This document shows, one piece after another, positions 9,603 through 18,739 of a stretch of DNA of 42,989 nt. Origin of the DNA: Candidatus Bathyarchaeota archaeon (GTDB lineage Archaea > Thermoproteota > Bathyarchaeia > TCS64). The stretch lies in assembly GCA_026014515.1 (NCBI GenBank), contig JAOZIG010000039.1, positions 1-42,989 of the forward strand, in the 5' to 3' direction. Each line of letters opens with the position of its first letter. The stretch's first letter is position 1. Both the position numbers and the translations under genes were made by a program. The notes under the pieces were generated by a model that saw only the letters and a list, made by a program, of their open reading frames with translations, did not search any database and was not told the origin of the DNA.

Positions 9603-9988
9603 TGACCCCGATGATACTCATCGACAAGAACGTATTCAAGGCAATGCAAGAGTTCGCAAAGAACAACCACCCCAAAGAGATCATCGTACTGTTAAGAGGC
9701 AAACGGGAAAACAATAACATACACATCACAGACTGGCTTCTACCTCCCTTCGGCACAGGTGGAGATGGGTTCGCCTCATTCCCAACGCATATGCTGCCCA
9801 TTGATTTCACAATAATGGGTACAGCTCATAGCCACCCAAGTGGTCGTCTAACTCCATCATCGATGGACCTGAACAACTTCTATGGACGAGTGATGATGAT
9901 AATTGGTCCACCCTACGACGAGCCACGTGGAGCCGCCTATTACAAGAGTGGTGAACAGGTTCCTATCCGGTTTAGCCCCCAACAATGA
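9602..9988 (+). CDS. minimal JAMM/MPN+ metalloprotease (SAMP/Ubl isopeptidase-like)
   Basis: Complete JAMM signature: upstream Glu (KEIIVLLRG) and HSHPSGRLTPSSMD, i.e. HxHx7Sx2D. 128 aa, stand-alone domain. ATG 9611 is an alternative start. Confidence 0.8.
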   Translation: MTPMILIDKNVFKAMQEFAKNNHPKEIIVLLRGKRENNNIHITDWLLPPFGTGGDGFASFPTHMLPIDFTIMGTAHSHPSGRLTPSSMDLNNFYGRVMMIIGPPYDEPRGAAYYKSGEQVPIRFSPQQ

Positions 9989-10172
9989 TTGGGAAGATTG
10001 TGACTTTGTCTCCGGGCTTGAGTTTCGCTGAGTCCCAGAGCTTCTTGTCATTAACGATGACGCCGACTACCCTTCTATCATAGGCATATAACGTGTGTTC
10101 CCCAAGTGTGGCGATAAACTCCCGCAGAGTGGTTGCCTGTTTCACGGTCTTGGTCATGGGTTTAGGGTACAT
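9972..10172 (-). CDS. ThiS/MoaD-family ubiquitin-like small protein ending in Gly-Gly
   Basis: 66 aa ending ...KPGDKVTIFPIIVGG-stop. Length and C-terminus are typical of beta-grasp sulfur carriers/SAMPs. Confidence 0.7.
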   Translation of the reverse strand: MYPKPMTKTVKQATTLREFIATLGEHTLYAYDRRVVGVIVNDKKLWDSAKLKPGDKVTIFPIIVGG

Positions 10173-10197
10173 CGATACTCAGAGAGTTTGGCTTCAG

Positions 10198-10596
10198 TTA
10201 TACTTTATCTAGACCTAGCTCTTTACGTCGCTGGGCATACCTCTTGTACCATGTATCCACGTTTTCATGTGTCACATGGTCTTTGTGGTGTCTGAAGCCT
10301 CCTTTGGCGGTCTGGGGGATATGCATTAGTTCATGAATCAGGGTTCGGTCCTGTGATTTAGGTGGATAGTAATCGAATTGTTCATGGATGACCTCAATGA
10401 TGTAGGTGGGCTTCATATCCAGTGCTTCCTGCCATATTCTTCCTAATCCGTGAATGCGTGCGATGGTGCGTGTACTGCTACTGCCCCTGCTTCTGACACA
10501 GTGAAGGTTCTCTTGGTCTATGTGGTCGAACTTGAGTATCTCAATGATCTCTGTAATGCGTTTCTGTATGTCTGGAGCGTCGTAGTACTGGATCAT
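10198..10596 (-). CDS. predicted Zn metallopeptidase (HExxH; SprT-like / archaeal COG4900-type)
   Basis: 132 aa with LIHELMHIP (HExxH) followed by GGFRHH. It lies 25 nt upstream of the Ubl gene on the same strand. Confidence 0.6.
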   Translation of the reverse strand: MIQYYDAPDIQKRITEIIEILKFDHIDQENLHCVRSRGSSSTRTIARIHGLGRIWQEALDMKPTYIIEVIHEQFDYYPPKSQDRTLIHELMHIPQTAKGGFRHHKDHVTHENVDTWYKRYAQRRKELGLDKV

Positions 10597-10673
10597 GACA
10601 GTATTCTTGACTATGATGTTATTTTCTGTTTGGATTCCGTCATGAAAAATCCAGAGTTTGAGCTACCTGTTTT

Positions 10674-11465
10674 CTATTCGATTCTCGACCAGTAGTACTC
10701 AAAAACATCCTTGCACCATTCAACTGCCTTAGGGTCCGTTGATGTGAAGCCAAAGTACTCAAACTCTCCACTAGGCTTGAGGAAATTCAGTGTCGCCACC
10801 TCTTTTTCGTTCATTAAGAACGTGAGATTGAATTTACTCTGGTATTTTTGCAGCAATGAGCCCTCGGTTTTATGCTTACCTATACTGAGCCAAGTTTCCA
10901 TTGGTACACTCTCACGTATTTCATCTGGCCATTCATATCCAAGTGGCTCGATTCCTCTAGCCTTGATCCCTCTATCCAAGGCTTCCTCAACTAGTAGTGG
11001 AGTGGAGGACAGTCCAAGGGGTTCCCCTATGTATATGTAATATTCTTCTGCCTCTTTGAAGACCCGTTCTATGTTACCAAATACGTCCAATAATTGTGTA
11101 ATTGGTTTACATTCCTTCAGTTCACCTATTCTGGAGACGAACTTGTCCGGTAATGCTTCGAGGGTATGTTCGTAGAAATAGTCCGCGTTATTTGAGAGGA
11201 ACTGATAAGCAGTGATTAGTCTCATTGATTGGATTCCATATGGCGTGATCTCATATGATCCATCTATGGTTCTCGTCACAAGTCTTGCATCGACGAGTCG
11301 TGCGATGTTTCGTGATGTCTCTTGGGCTGTAAAGTTGAGTCGCTGGGATATGTGACTGAGTTTGAGGTTCTCCTTCCTGAGCTCATCCAATATCCGTAGT
11401 CTGTCCTCGTTTGAGAGCTCGAAGAGTAGATCACATAATTTCTCCATCGCGGGTCTAGCCATCAT
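10674..11465 (-). CDS. wHTH transcriptional regulator with DUF1724 (FilR1-like) C-terminal domain
   Basis: ArsR-like wHTH (RLRILDELRKENLKLSHISQRLNFTAQETSRNIARLVDARLV) plus a long C-terminal domain. I prefer the Met-Met start at 11465. The ORF track extends to 11582, which would run into the divergent flavodoxin gene. Confidence 0.65.
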   Translation of the reverse strand: MMARPAMEKLCDLLFELSNEDRLRILDELRKENLKLSHISQRLNFTAQETSRNIARLVDARLVTRTIDGSYEITPYGIQSMRLITAYQFLSNNADYFYEHTLEALPDKFVSRIGELKECKPITQLLDVFGNIERVFKEAEEYYIYIGEPLGLSSTPLLVEEALDRGIKARGIEPLGYEWPDEIRESVPMETWLSIGKHKTEGSLLQKYQSKFNLTFLMNEKEVATLNFLKPSGEFEYFGFTSTDPKAVEWCKDVFEYYWSRIE

Positions 11466-11567
11466 TTGCTTCACGGTATAAAAATTATCGCTGGAGTATG
11501 ATTTTTCATAGTTTTCCCTTCGGGTGTTTGATATCTTTTCACCATGTATCATCGCTCGGTAAACAAA

Positions 11568-12107
11568 ATGAGTAAAGATCAAAAAGAAACCAGAATCTTG
11601 GTAACATACCAGTCCCAGACTGGTAACACAAGAAAAGTTGCAGAGGCAATATATGAGGTTCTTCCAGAGCCCAAAGAGATTAGACCATTAAAAGAGGCAC
11701 AATCCCTCGAAGAATATAGTCTAATCTTCTTGGGGTTCCCGGTACATGGGTCAGGTCCTAACCCAAAGGCGACGTCCTATCTCGAAAACAATACAAAAGA
11801 TAAACAGATAGCCCTCTTCATCACTCACGCGGCTCCAGAGGATGCCCCCGAGATGCCCGAGAGTGTCCAGAAGTTCTGTGATGCCGCTGGTGAGGCTGAT
11901 ATCCTTGATGTCTTTCACTGTCAAGGGCAGCTCAGCAGTATCGTTAAGACGGTAATGAGGTTCGCACCTGATCCCCAGGTTCGTGAATGGGCGAAGATGG
12001 ATAATAGCAAGGGGCAGCCAGATGCGTCAAGGCTGGAAAAGGCTGCGAGTTTCGCCAAACGCGTTATGGAGAAACAGAATACACCAGTTCTGAGTAATGG
12101 AGAATAA
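11568..12107 (+). CDS. flavodoxin-family protein
   Basis: ILVTYQSQTGNTRKVAEAI (S/T-x-T-G-x-T FMN-phosphate loop) and LIFLGFPVHG. ATG 11568 is preferred over 11544. Confidence 0.7.
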   Translation: MSKDQKETRILVTYQSQTGNTRKVAEAIYEVLPEPKEIRPLKEAQSLEEYSLIFLGFPVHGSGPNPKATSYLENNTKDKQIALFITHAAPEDAPEMPESVQKFCDAAGEADILDVFHCQGQLSSIVKTVMRFAPDPQVREWAKMDNSKGQPDASRLEKAASFAKRVMEKQNTPVLSNGE

Positions 12108-12939
12108 GAGGCTTCAAACAATGACATCTATCACATCATACATCAAAAAACAATCATTACCCATCTACTTCCTGTTGACCTTCCTAATTTCCTGGGGAAC
12201 TATGAGCATGATGATAAGCCCCTACAGTTTCCCCCTAACACCAGAGCAATCAGAATCAGTGGGCCCTCTACTCTACGTGGGAATGCTTGTAGGACCAAGC
12301 ATCTCAGGACTCCTCATGATTGGTCTCATGAATGGAAAAACAGGTTACAGGGAATTATTTAGTAGATTAACCAAGTGGCGAGTAGGGCTTCAGTGGTACG
12401 GTGCTGCTATACTCGGTGCGCCTATTCTTGCAACAATAGTACTGTTAGCACTCTCAATGATTTCACCAGTGTTCACACCTGCCTTATTAACCTCCAATGA
12501 CAAGGCAGGGCTTTTAATGACTGGAATAGGTGTCGGGTTAATGGTTGCACTCTTTGAGGAACTTGGCTGGACAGGGTTTTCTGTTCCACAGCTTAGAACT
12601 CGATACGGCGTCAATAAAACCGGGTTAATCATAGGCTTACTATGGGGTGCATGGCACTTTCCTCCCTTCTGGAGCACCACTACCTTTTCAGGGGTTGTGC
12701 CCTTTGCTACTTTATTGTGTCAGCTTTTCGCGTGGTTGCCAGCCTTCAGGGTATTGATGGTGAAGCTGTATGATGAGACCGGCAGCTTGCTAGTTACAAT
12801 ACTTATGCATGCTAGTCTGGTATTCACCACTCTGACGCTTCCATCCATGGAGTTATCTGGTGTGAATCTGTTGATATGGCTAGTTGCGTGGGGATCTGTT
12901 CTCTGGGGATTGATTGCGGTGATAGATAGGCGTCAATGA
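12097..12939 (+). CDS. CPBP-family intramembrane protease-like membrane protein
   Basis: Multi-TM protein with FEELGWTGF (EE motif), WGAWHFP and ILMHASL His motifs. ATG 12121 is an alternative start. Confidence 0.5.
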   Translation: MENKRLQTMTSITSYIKKQSLPIYFLLTFLISWGTMSMMISPYSFPLTPEQSESVGPLLYVGMLVGPSISGLLMIGLMNGKTGYRELFSRLTKWRVGLQWYGAAILGAPILATIVLLALSMISPVFTPALLTSNDKAGLLMTGIGVGLMVALFEELGWTGFSVPQLRTRYGVNKTGLIIGLLWGAWHFPPFWSTTTFSGVVPFATLLCQLFAWLPAFRVLMVKLYDETGSLLVTILMHASLVFTTLTLPSMELSGVNLLIWLVAWGSVLWGLIAVIDRRQ

Positions 12940-13010
12940 TTCCAAGTTTATTTTCCCCTTTTTGTATACGAGACCTTATATTGGTTGGATGATCCATCCA
13001 ATATAATACG

Positions 13011-13538
13011 TTGCTAACTACAGACACAAAAAAACTATCACTCATCGCAATACTCACAGCCACAGCCATAGCCACAAACTACCTCCTCATAGGCACAATC
13101 AACGTCAAATTCATGGACCTAATCGTATTCACATCAGGCTACCTAACAGGATCAACACTAGGAGCAGTCACAGGAATACTAGTCTGGCTCGTCTACGGCA
13201 CATTAAACCCCTATGGATTCAGCCTACCAGTCCTATTGGCAACGATGATAGGGGAAGCCCTCTTCGGGTTAGCCGGTGGGTTGTATCGGGGTAGTGAAAG
13301 AGGTACTGGTGGAGTTGATTTTTGGGCTGGGTTCACCGCGTTCATATTGACTTTTGTATACGATGTATTCACAAACATCGTTTCAGGGCTAACCGCTGGA
13401 CTGCCCATATCTGTAGCGTTGGTGACTGGTATTCCCTTCATGTTTGCCCACGTGCTTAGCAACACAGTGTTCTTTGGACTGGGGTTCAAGCCATTGACGA
13501 ACTCCATCCACAAGGTATTAGGTGATCAAAATGGATGA
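13011..13538 (+). CDS. ECF-transporter S-component-like membrane protein
   Basis: 175 aa, about 5-6 TM, Gly-rich helices, TTG start. Overlaps the following DUF4430 gene, a pairing typical of S components. Confidence 0.45.
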   Translation: MLTTDTKKLSLIAILTATAIATNYLLIGTINVKFMDLIVFTSGYLTGSTLGAVTGILVWLVYGTLNPYGFSLPVLLATMIGEALFGLAGGLYRGSERGTGGVDFWAGFTAFILTFVYDVFTNIVSGLTAGLPISVALVTGIPFMFAHVLSNTVFFGLGFKPLTNSIHKVLGDQNG

Positions 13539-13971
13539 AAAAACACTCAAAATAATCGCAGCGGTGCTTCTATGCACCACCATAGGCTCAGGAGCCCTAG
13601 CGTTCCAATACAACTACCAGTTAACACAGCTAAGGGATGATTATGAATACACTCTCAGTGAACTGGAAGACTACACGATACTCGTGAATATCAAGATCGA
13701 TGATGGAGAAACGGTCACATGGTATAATGATACACGGGTTAGTGTAGGTGCGTCTCTTCTCGATGCATCACTTGAAGCCGTTGAAATGGAGTATCAGACT
13801 TCAGAATATGGTGTCTTTGTCACCGCGATAGGCGGACTGGAAGGTGATCTCGCTCATTACTGGTTATGGAGTTACTATGATGAGGGTTGGGAGATGGGGG
13901 TAGTAGGCGCTGATCAGTATGTTCTCCATGATGGTGATATAGTGGCATGGACTTATACCTCATTTGAGTAG
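13522..13971 (+). CDS. DUF4430 (transcobalamin-like) domain protein, signal-anchored
   Basis: N-terminal TM/signal, then SLLDASLEAV...YGVFVTAIGGLEGD...YWLWSYYDEGW...GADQYVLHDGDIVAWTY, which matches the DUF4430 pattern. Confidence 0.6.
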   Translation: MIKMDEKTLKIIAAVLLCTTIGSGALAFQYNYQLTQLRDDYEYTLSELEDYTILVNIKIDDGETVTWYNDTRVSVGASLLDASLEAVEMEYQTSEYGVFVTAIGGLEGDLAHYWLWSYYDEGWEMGVVGADQYVLHDGDIVAWTYTSFE

Positions 13972-13979
13972 GATATACT

Positions 13980-14579
13980 ATGGAGCATCTCAGAAAACTA
14001 GAGGATCTTGCAGACAAGACCGCCCCCGGTAGAACCCCAAGCTATACTCCGGCTCATATATTGTATGCCTTGATTTTTCTCCGAGATAACAAGGTGGGAA
14101 GAAAAAACCTAGCCTCTGAGCTGCGACTTGGTGAAGGTACTGTACGAACCATGTTAAACCGTCTCCTAGAGAGTGGTTTAATCGATACTGATCGTCAAGG
14201 TGTTTCACTAACCGAAGATGGCTTGAGTCTTCTTGATTCCATCAGGGATGCTGTTATCTGGTCGAGTTTTCCTAGAACCGATTTGACTCTAGGCGAATAT
14301 AACTTCATGGTGCTTATCCGTGGATTCGCTTATAGGGTACGACTGGGGGTAGAGCAGCGAGATCAAGCCCTTATTCATGGAGCTAGAGGTGCAACAACCT
14401 TTGTTTACACTGATGGTGAATGGGTCATACCGGGGATAGAGCAGAGTATCAGCGATAAGATAGTAGATCATCTCGGTTCTTTTGTACCCACAGAGAATGA
14501 TGTTGTTGTAGTGGGTTCGGGTGATGACTTGTTTTCAGCGACTCTGGGTGGATTAGCCGCTGCACTAGGCCTCTTTTAG
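13980..14579 (+). CDS. archaeal wHTH-domain protein (DUF4443-like)
   Basis: N-terminal wHTH (GRKNLASELRLGEGTVRTMLNRLLESGLI) and a C-terminal domain of unknown function. The family name is from memory. Confidence 0.45.
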   Translation: MEHLRKLEDLADKTAPGRTPSYTPAHILYALIFLRDNKVGRKNLASELRLGEGTVRTMLNRLLESGLIDTDRQGVSLTEDGLSLLDSIRDAVIWSSFPRTDLTLGEYNFMVLIRGFAYRVRLGVEQRDQALIHGARGATTFVYTDGEWVIPGIEQSISDKIVDHLGSFVPTENDVVVVGSGDDLFSATLGGLAAALGLF

Positions 14580-15847
14580 GCTTCGTATTTTATGTCCTTT
14601 ACTAAGAGTATGATGAGTACGCCGATAACAGTCATGGAGACCGCTAAGATGATCCATGGGAGGCTTGTACTGTAGCTGTAGATGTATCCGCTGAGCAGTG
14701 AACCAACAGTGATACTCATCATGGCGAGTACACCTGTTGCCCATGCACCGCCTGTTATCCATATGTTAGCGCCTCCTATGGCGGCTATCATTCTTCCTCG
14801 TTTGTCTGGTGGGGTCATGTCTATGAAGATTGATTGGAGCGCTGGGTTGATGAAGGTGTTTGGGATGGTTGTCAGTATCATCAGGATTACCACATGTACG
14901 TATGTGGTAGCGTGCAGGTACAGGTAGCAGGGTATCGAGGTTGCTATCATGCAGAGCCCGAGCACCCATTTCTTGCTATATTTGTCAACGAGTTTACCGG
15001 CTGGGAAACTCAATACTACGTAAATTGTGCCGGTGATTAAGCTGAGGCTACCCCATTGGCTCTTGGTTAGTCCTATGATCTCTGTGGCGCGTATTATCCA
15101 GAACGATGTTACAAGGCTCACAAAGAACGTGGAAGCAGCTACAAGCACACTGAATGTCATCAGGTGTCTTGGTGCTTCCTTAACTGTTTTTATGATGTCC
15201 TTGTAGGCTGTTACTAGTAAACTGGGAATCCCTTTGGCTGTGATCTTTATTCCTTCGCCTTCAACTGGTCTTACCTCGGTCAAGTACTTGTAACGTAGCG
15301 TAGCAACTATGAGAGCGACGAAGAATCCGACTGCATAGAGGCTTTTCACCGCAGGGATCATACCATACTTGTCTATGAGCCAGCCTCCAATGTAGGGTGA
15401 GGCTATGCCGAAGGCGCTTGGGATGGCCATGGTGGCTGAGAATCCTACTCCACGCATGTTTTCGGGTATGCTATCCGCCATTAACGCCTGCATTGCGGGT
15501 AGGTAGAATGTTACTAGGCTTTGCATGAACATGCCGATGGCTACCCATTGCCAGCTGTTTGTGAATACGTAGATTAGGAATGTGAACGAGTAGGCGTATG
15601 TCATGTATGCCATTATCTTGATTCGTCCATGATAATCTGCGATATATCCCCCAAGAGGGTACAGGAGCATTGAAGCGAAGTTACCAAGTGCTGTCACGAG
15701 ACCAACCGTGGAGTAAACTCCCCCTAGCTCCATCACGTATAGCCCTATGTATGCCCAGACTATGTCTACGCTTACACGCCAAAGGCTACTGCATACTGTG
15801 AGTACCAGTATGTTGCCTTTCATGATTTGCCGTATCTCGGATAGCAT
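14576..15847 (-). CDS. MFS transporter
   Basis: 423 aa, about 12 TM, with MFS loop motif GGYIADYHGRIK between TM2 and TM3. Confidence 0.8.
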   Translation of the reverse strand: MLSEIRQIMKGNILVLTVCSSLWRVSVDIVWAYIGLYVMELGGVYSTVGLVTALGNFASMLLYPLGGYIADYHGRIKIMAYMTYAYSFTFLIYVFTNSWQWVAIGMFMQSLVTFYLPAMQALMADSIPENMRGVGFSATMAIPSAFGIASPYIGGWLIDKYGMIPAVKSLYAVGFFVALIVATLRYKYLTEVRPVEGEGIKITAKGIPSLLVTAYKDIIKTVKEAPRHLMTFSVLVAASTFFVSLVTSFWIIRATEIIGLTKSQWGSLSLITGTIYVVLSFPAGKLVDKYSKKWVLGLCMIATSIPCYLYLHATTYVHVVILMILTTIPNTFINPALQSIFIDMTPPDKRGRMIAAIGGANIWITGGAWATGVLAMMSITVGSLLSGYIYSYSTSLPWIILAVSMTVIGVLIILLVKDIKYEA

Positions 15848-15933
15848 ATTTTACGCGGTACTGGACTCCTGTATGAGTTTAAACTCACCTATTCGGGTTA
15901 ACGCTTTAATCAGGCTACGTCCCGTGTTCTTGT

Positions 15934-16383
15934 ATGTATCACTTCGGCTACGGCTCAAACCTGAATCAAGAGTTTCTACAACAGTACTTACCCAGTGCAC
16001 GGTTCGTGATGAAAGCGTATCTTCCCAACTATGAGGTGCAGTTCCGTTTCTGGAGTAAGAAACGGCAAGGCGGTATCAGCAGTATCATTGAGAAACCCGG
16101 AGGCTTAGTGCATGGGGTCATCTATGAATGCGATGAAAAAGAGATCAAGGAACTAGACATTCTTGAGAGCGTACCACAGGGGCTCTACAAGCGTGAAATA
16201 TTCAAGGTACTTGGCGAAGACGGGGAATGGCATGACGCTGATCTATACAGGGTAGCCAATCCAAAGGGGCCGTTCACACCCGCTAAGGGCTATGTTGAGC
16301 TTATGCTAACTGGAGCGAAGAAACATGGTCTTGATCCCGAGTACATCAAGGTGATTGAGGCTATCTATGAGCGCTCAATCTAA
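15934..16383 (+). CDS. gamma-glutamylcyclotransferase (AIG2/GGCT-like)
   Basis: N-terminal YHFGYGSNL motif and a VHGVIYE block. Confidence 0.75.
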   Translation: MYHFGYGSNLNQEFLQQYLPSARFVMKAYLPNYEVQFRFWSKKRQGGISSIIEKPGGLVHGVIYECDEKEIKELDILESVPQGLYKREIFKVLGEDGEWHDADLYRVANPKGPFTPAKGYVELMLTGAKKHGLDPEYIKVIEAIYERSI

Positions 16384-18006
16384 GCTATAGACAACCTCGC
16401 CGTCAATTATTGTCTTCAAGACCTTTGCCTCAAGAATCTCCTCATGAGGCAGCGTAGTAATATCCCGATCCATTACTACAAAGTCCGCGAATTTACCCAC
16501 CTCTATCGAGCCTTTCTCGTTTTCTGTTCCCTCAAGGTATGCTGCGTTCCATGTGTATGCCCTGATTGCGTCTAGGATGGGGATGGCTTCTTCTTTACAG
16601 AGGTAGTTTCCGCTTCTGGATTTACGTGCTACACAGCCATAGATACCAGTCAGAGCATAGCTTGAGCCAAAGCCGTCGCTGTTTCCAGCGGCAACTATTC
16701 CATGGTCCCTGAAGCTCTTCATGGGGTAATATCCGCATAGTCTGTCTGGTCCCAGTGCCGCGATGTGGCTGTCTCCAATAGGGTAACAGAAACCGATGCT
16801 GGCGCTGATATTGACGCCAAGCTCCTTGAATCGTTTAAGCTGACGGGGAAGCACATATCCTGCGTGCTCTATTCTGTGTCTATGATCATCCCATGGTTTG
16901 ACCTTGAGAGCCTCCTCTATCGCATCAAGCGAGAGATCGATAGCTCGGTCTCCAATCGCGTGAATACACACCTGTAAGCCAGCTACATGACACCTTGTAA
17001 CCTCATCAACAAGCTCCTCACGGGTACACCTGATGATACCCTTGTTACCCGGATCATTGGAGTAATCCTCATACAAGGCAGCCGTGAGACTACCCATGGC
17101 TCCATCAGTACCCACCTTGACGCTGACCACCCTGAGCCTATCACTCCACTTGAATGGGGTGCGTAATCCCTGTCGAGCCAGATCGCTTGTAGCGTAGCCC
17201 TTGTATGGTGTCATGCCGTCTGACATTAACCCGATTCTGATGTTGAGTTTCTTGTCCTTGTCTAGTTTCTGATAAGCCAATGCCTGTGGTGCCTTGATAT
17301 GAGCCTCATGTATGCTGGTAAGACCCCAGCTAAGATACATCTCCTCCAGCACAGGCCAGTTCTCAGCAAGTATCTCCACCTCCTCCTCTGGAGTAGGTGA
17401 TGGGAAGAGTTCACGCACCATATCCATAGCTGCGATCTCATCAAGTCTACCTGTGGGTTCCCCGTTTGCGTCTCTTTCTATATTGCCACCCGGTGGCTGA
17501 GGAGTATCTTTGTTGATGCCTGCGAGCCCAAGCGCCATCGTGTTCGCTACCCCGTTGTGTCCACCTGCTCGTCCAAGATAGATGGGGTGTTTTGTTGATG
17601 CCTTGTCTAGATCGTGGCGGTTCGGGAACCGTATATCGCTCCACTGGGTCTCATCAAACCATGACCCGATTACCCATTCACCGGGTTTCTTGTTCTCCGC
17701 TTTAGCACGTAGGCCTTCGATTACTTCTTCTAGGCTTTTCATTGGTGCACAGTCTACCCAGTCAAGCTGTAGCCCTTTCCTGATACAGTGCTCATGTGTG
17801 TCAATGAAACCGGGGAGCAGTAGCTTGCCCTCCAAGTCGATTTTAGTGGTTTTTTCGTGGGCTAATGCAAATATTTCCTTGCTTGTCCCTACCTTGATTA
17901 TTTTTCCATCTCGGACGGCTACGGCTTCAGCTTCCGAGCCATCCTTGTCCACCGTGTATACTTTCCCGTTGTAGAGAATCATATCAGCTCCAAACACTTT
18001 ATCCAA
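16375..18006 (-). CDS. amidohydrolase-family metal-dependent hydrolase (YtcJ-like)
   Basis: LPGFIDTHEHC (HxH), HAIGDRAID, and HRIEHAG near the C-terminus. 543 aa. TTG start at 18006, alternative ATG at 17982. Confidence 0.8.
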   Translation of the reverse strand: MDKVFGADMILYNGKVYTVDKDGSEAEAVAVRDGKIIKVGTSKEIFALAHEKTTKIDLEGKLLLPGFIDTHEHCIRKGLQLDWVDCAPMKSLEEVIEGLRAKAENKKPGEWVIGSWFDETQWSDIRFPNRHDLDKASTKHPIYLGRAGGHNGVANTMALGLAGINKDTPQPPGGNIERDANGEPTGRLDEIAAMDMVRELFPSPTPEEEVEILAENWPVLEEMYLSWGLTSIHEAHIKAPQALAYQKLDKDKKLNIRIGLMSDGMTPYKGYATSDLARQGLRTPFKWSDRLRVVSVKVGTDGAMGSLTAALYEDYSNDPGNKGIIRCTREELVDEVTRCHVAGLQVCIHAIGDRAIDLSLDAIEEALKVKPWDDHRHRIEHAGYVLPRQLKRFKELGVNISASIGFCYPIGDSHIAALGPDRLCGYYPMKSFRDHGIVAAGNSDGFGSSYALTGIYGCVARKSRSGNYLCKEEAIPILDAIRAYTWNAAYLEGTENEKGSIEVGKFADFVVMDRDITTLPHEEILEAKVLKTIIDGEVVYSLD

Positions 18007-18064
18007 AAGAAGACACCCAAGAATCGAGTGTGATTAACCTATATAATACTCGCTCCATAGAACT

Positions 18065-18688
18065 GTGATCAATTTGAGCGACTGGATCGTCACAGTATTC
18101 CTCGGAGACAGTCTAACCACAGGATTCCAACAGGGACCAGGATATTTCCCACCCCGCTATTATCCCTTCACAAACATGCTGGAGTCGGCTCTAAGAAGAC
18201 AATTAACATCACTGGGCTCGGAGAGGGACTTGGTGATTGTTAATCAGGGAATGGACGGAGACAGCACAGGTGGGATGCTTCACCGGTTCAAAAGTAGTGT
18301 GGCGCCAGAGAACCCTGATGTGGTGCTCATTTGGGGTGGAATCAACGATCTAACCTCAAGACATCCTCCAGAGGATATTTTCCCGATTATTGTTGACCTA
18401 CTGGAGAATACTCAAGCGATTAACGCGGTGCCAATTTTGTTGAATGTGGCTCCTGTAGCTGGGCCTCATTTCAACGAGACTATTATGGAGCTTAACGAGC
18501 TTACTGAAAACTACTGTAATGAGCATGGTGTCAGGTTTGTTGATGTTTTCAAGCTGTTGGTGGATGATGAGGGTAAGCTCGCTGATGAGTTTTCCAATGA
18601 TGGTGTTCACCTTAGCATCAGGGCGTATCAGAAACTCATACCAGTCTTGTTCAACGTGATAATGGAATCTATATCCGAACTCATCTAA
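18065..18688 (+). CDS. SGNH/GDSL-family hydrolase
   Basis: Block I FLGDSLTTG, block III WGGINDL, block V DGVHLS. Confidence 0.7.
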   Translation: MINLSDWIVTVFLGDSLTTGFQQGPGYFPPRYYPFTNMLESALRRQLTSLGSERDLVIVNQGMDGDSTGGMLHRFKSSVAPENPDVVLIWGGINDLTSRHPPEDIFPIIVDLLENTQAINAVPILLNVAPVAGPHFNETIMELNELTENYCNEHGVRFVDVFKLLVDDEGKLADEFSNDGVHLSIRAYQKLIPVLFNVIMESISELI

Positions 18689-18739
18689 CTCGCGCAGCAT
18701 TTATAACGGACTTCAGTATATCCGTGGTGAGGCTTGGAA

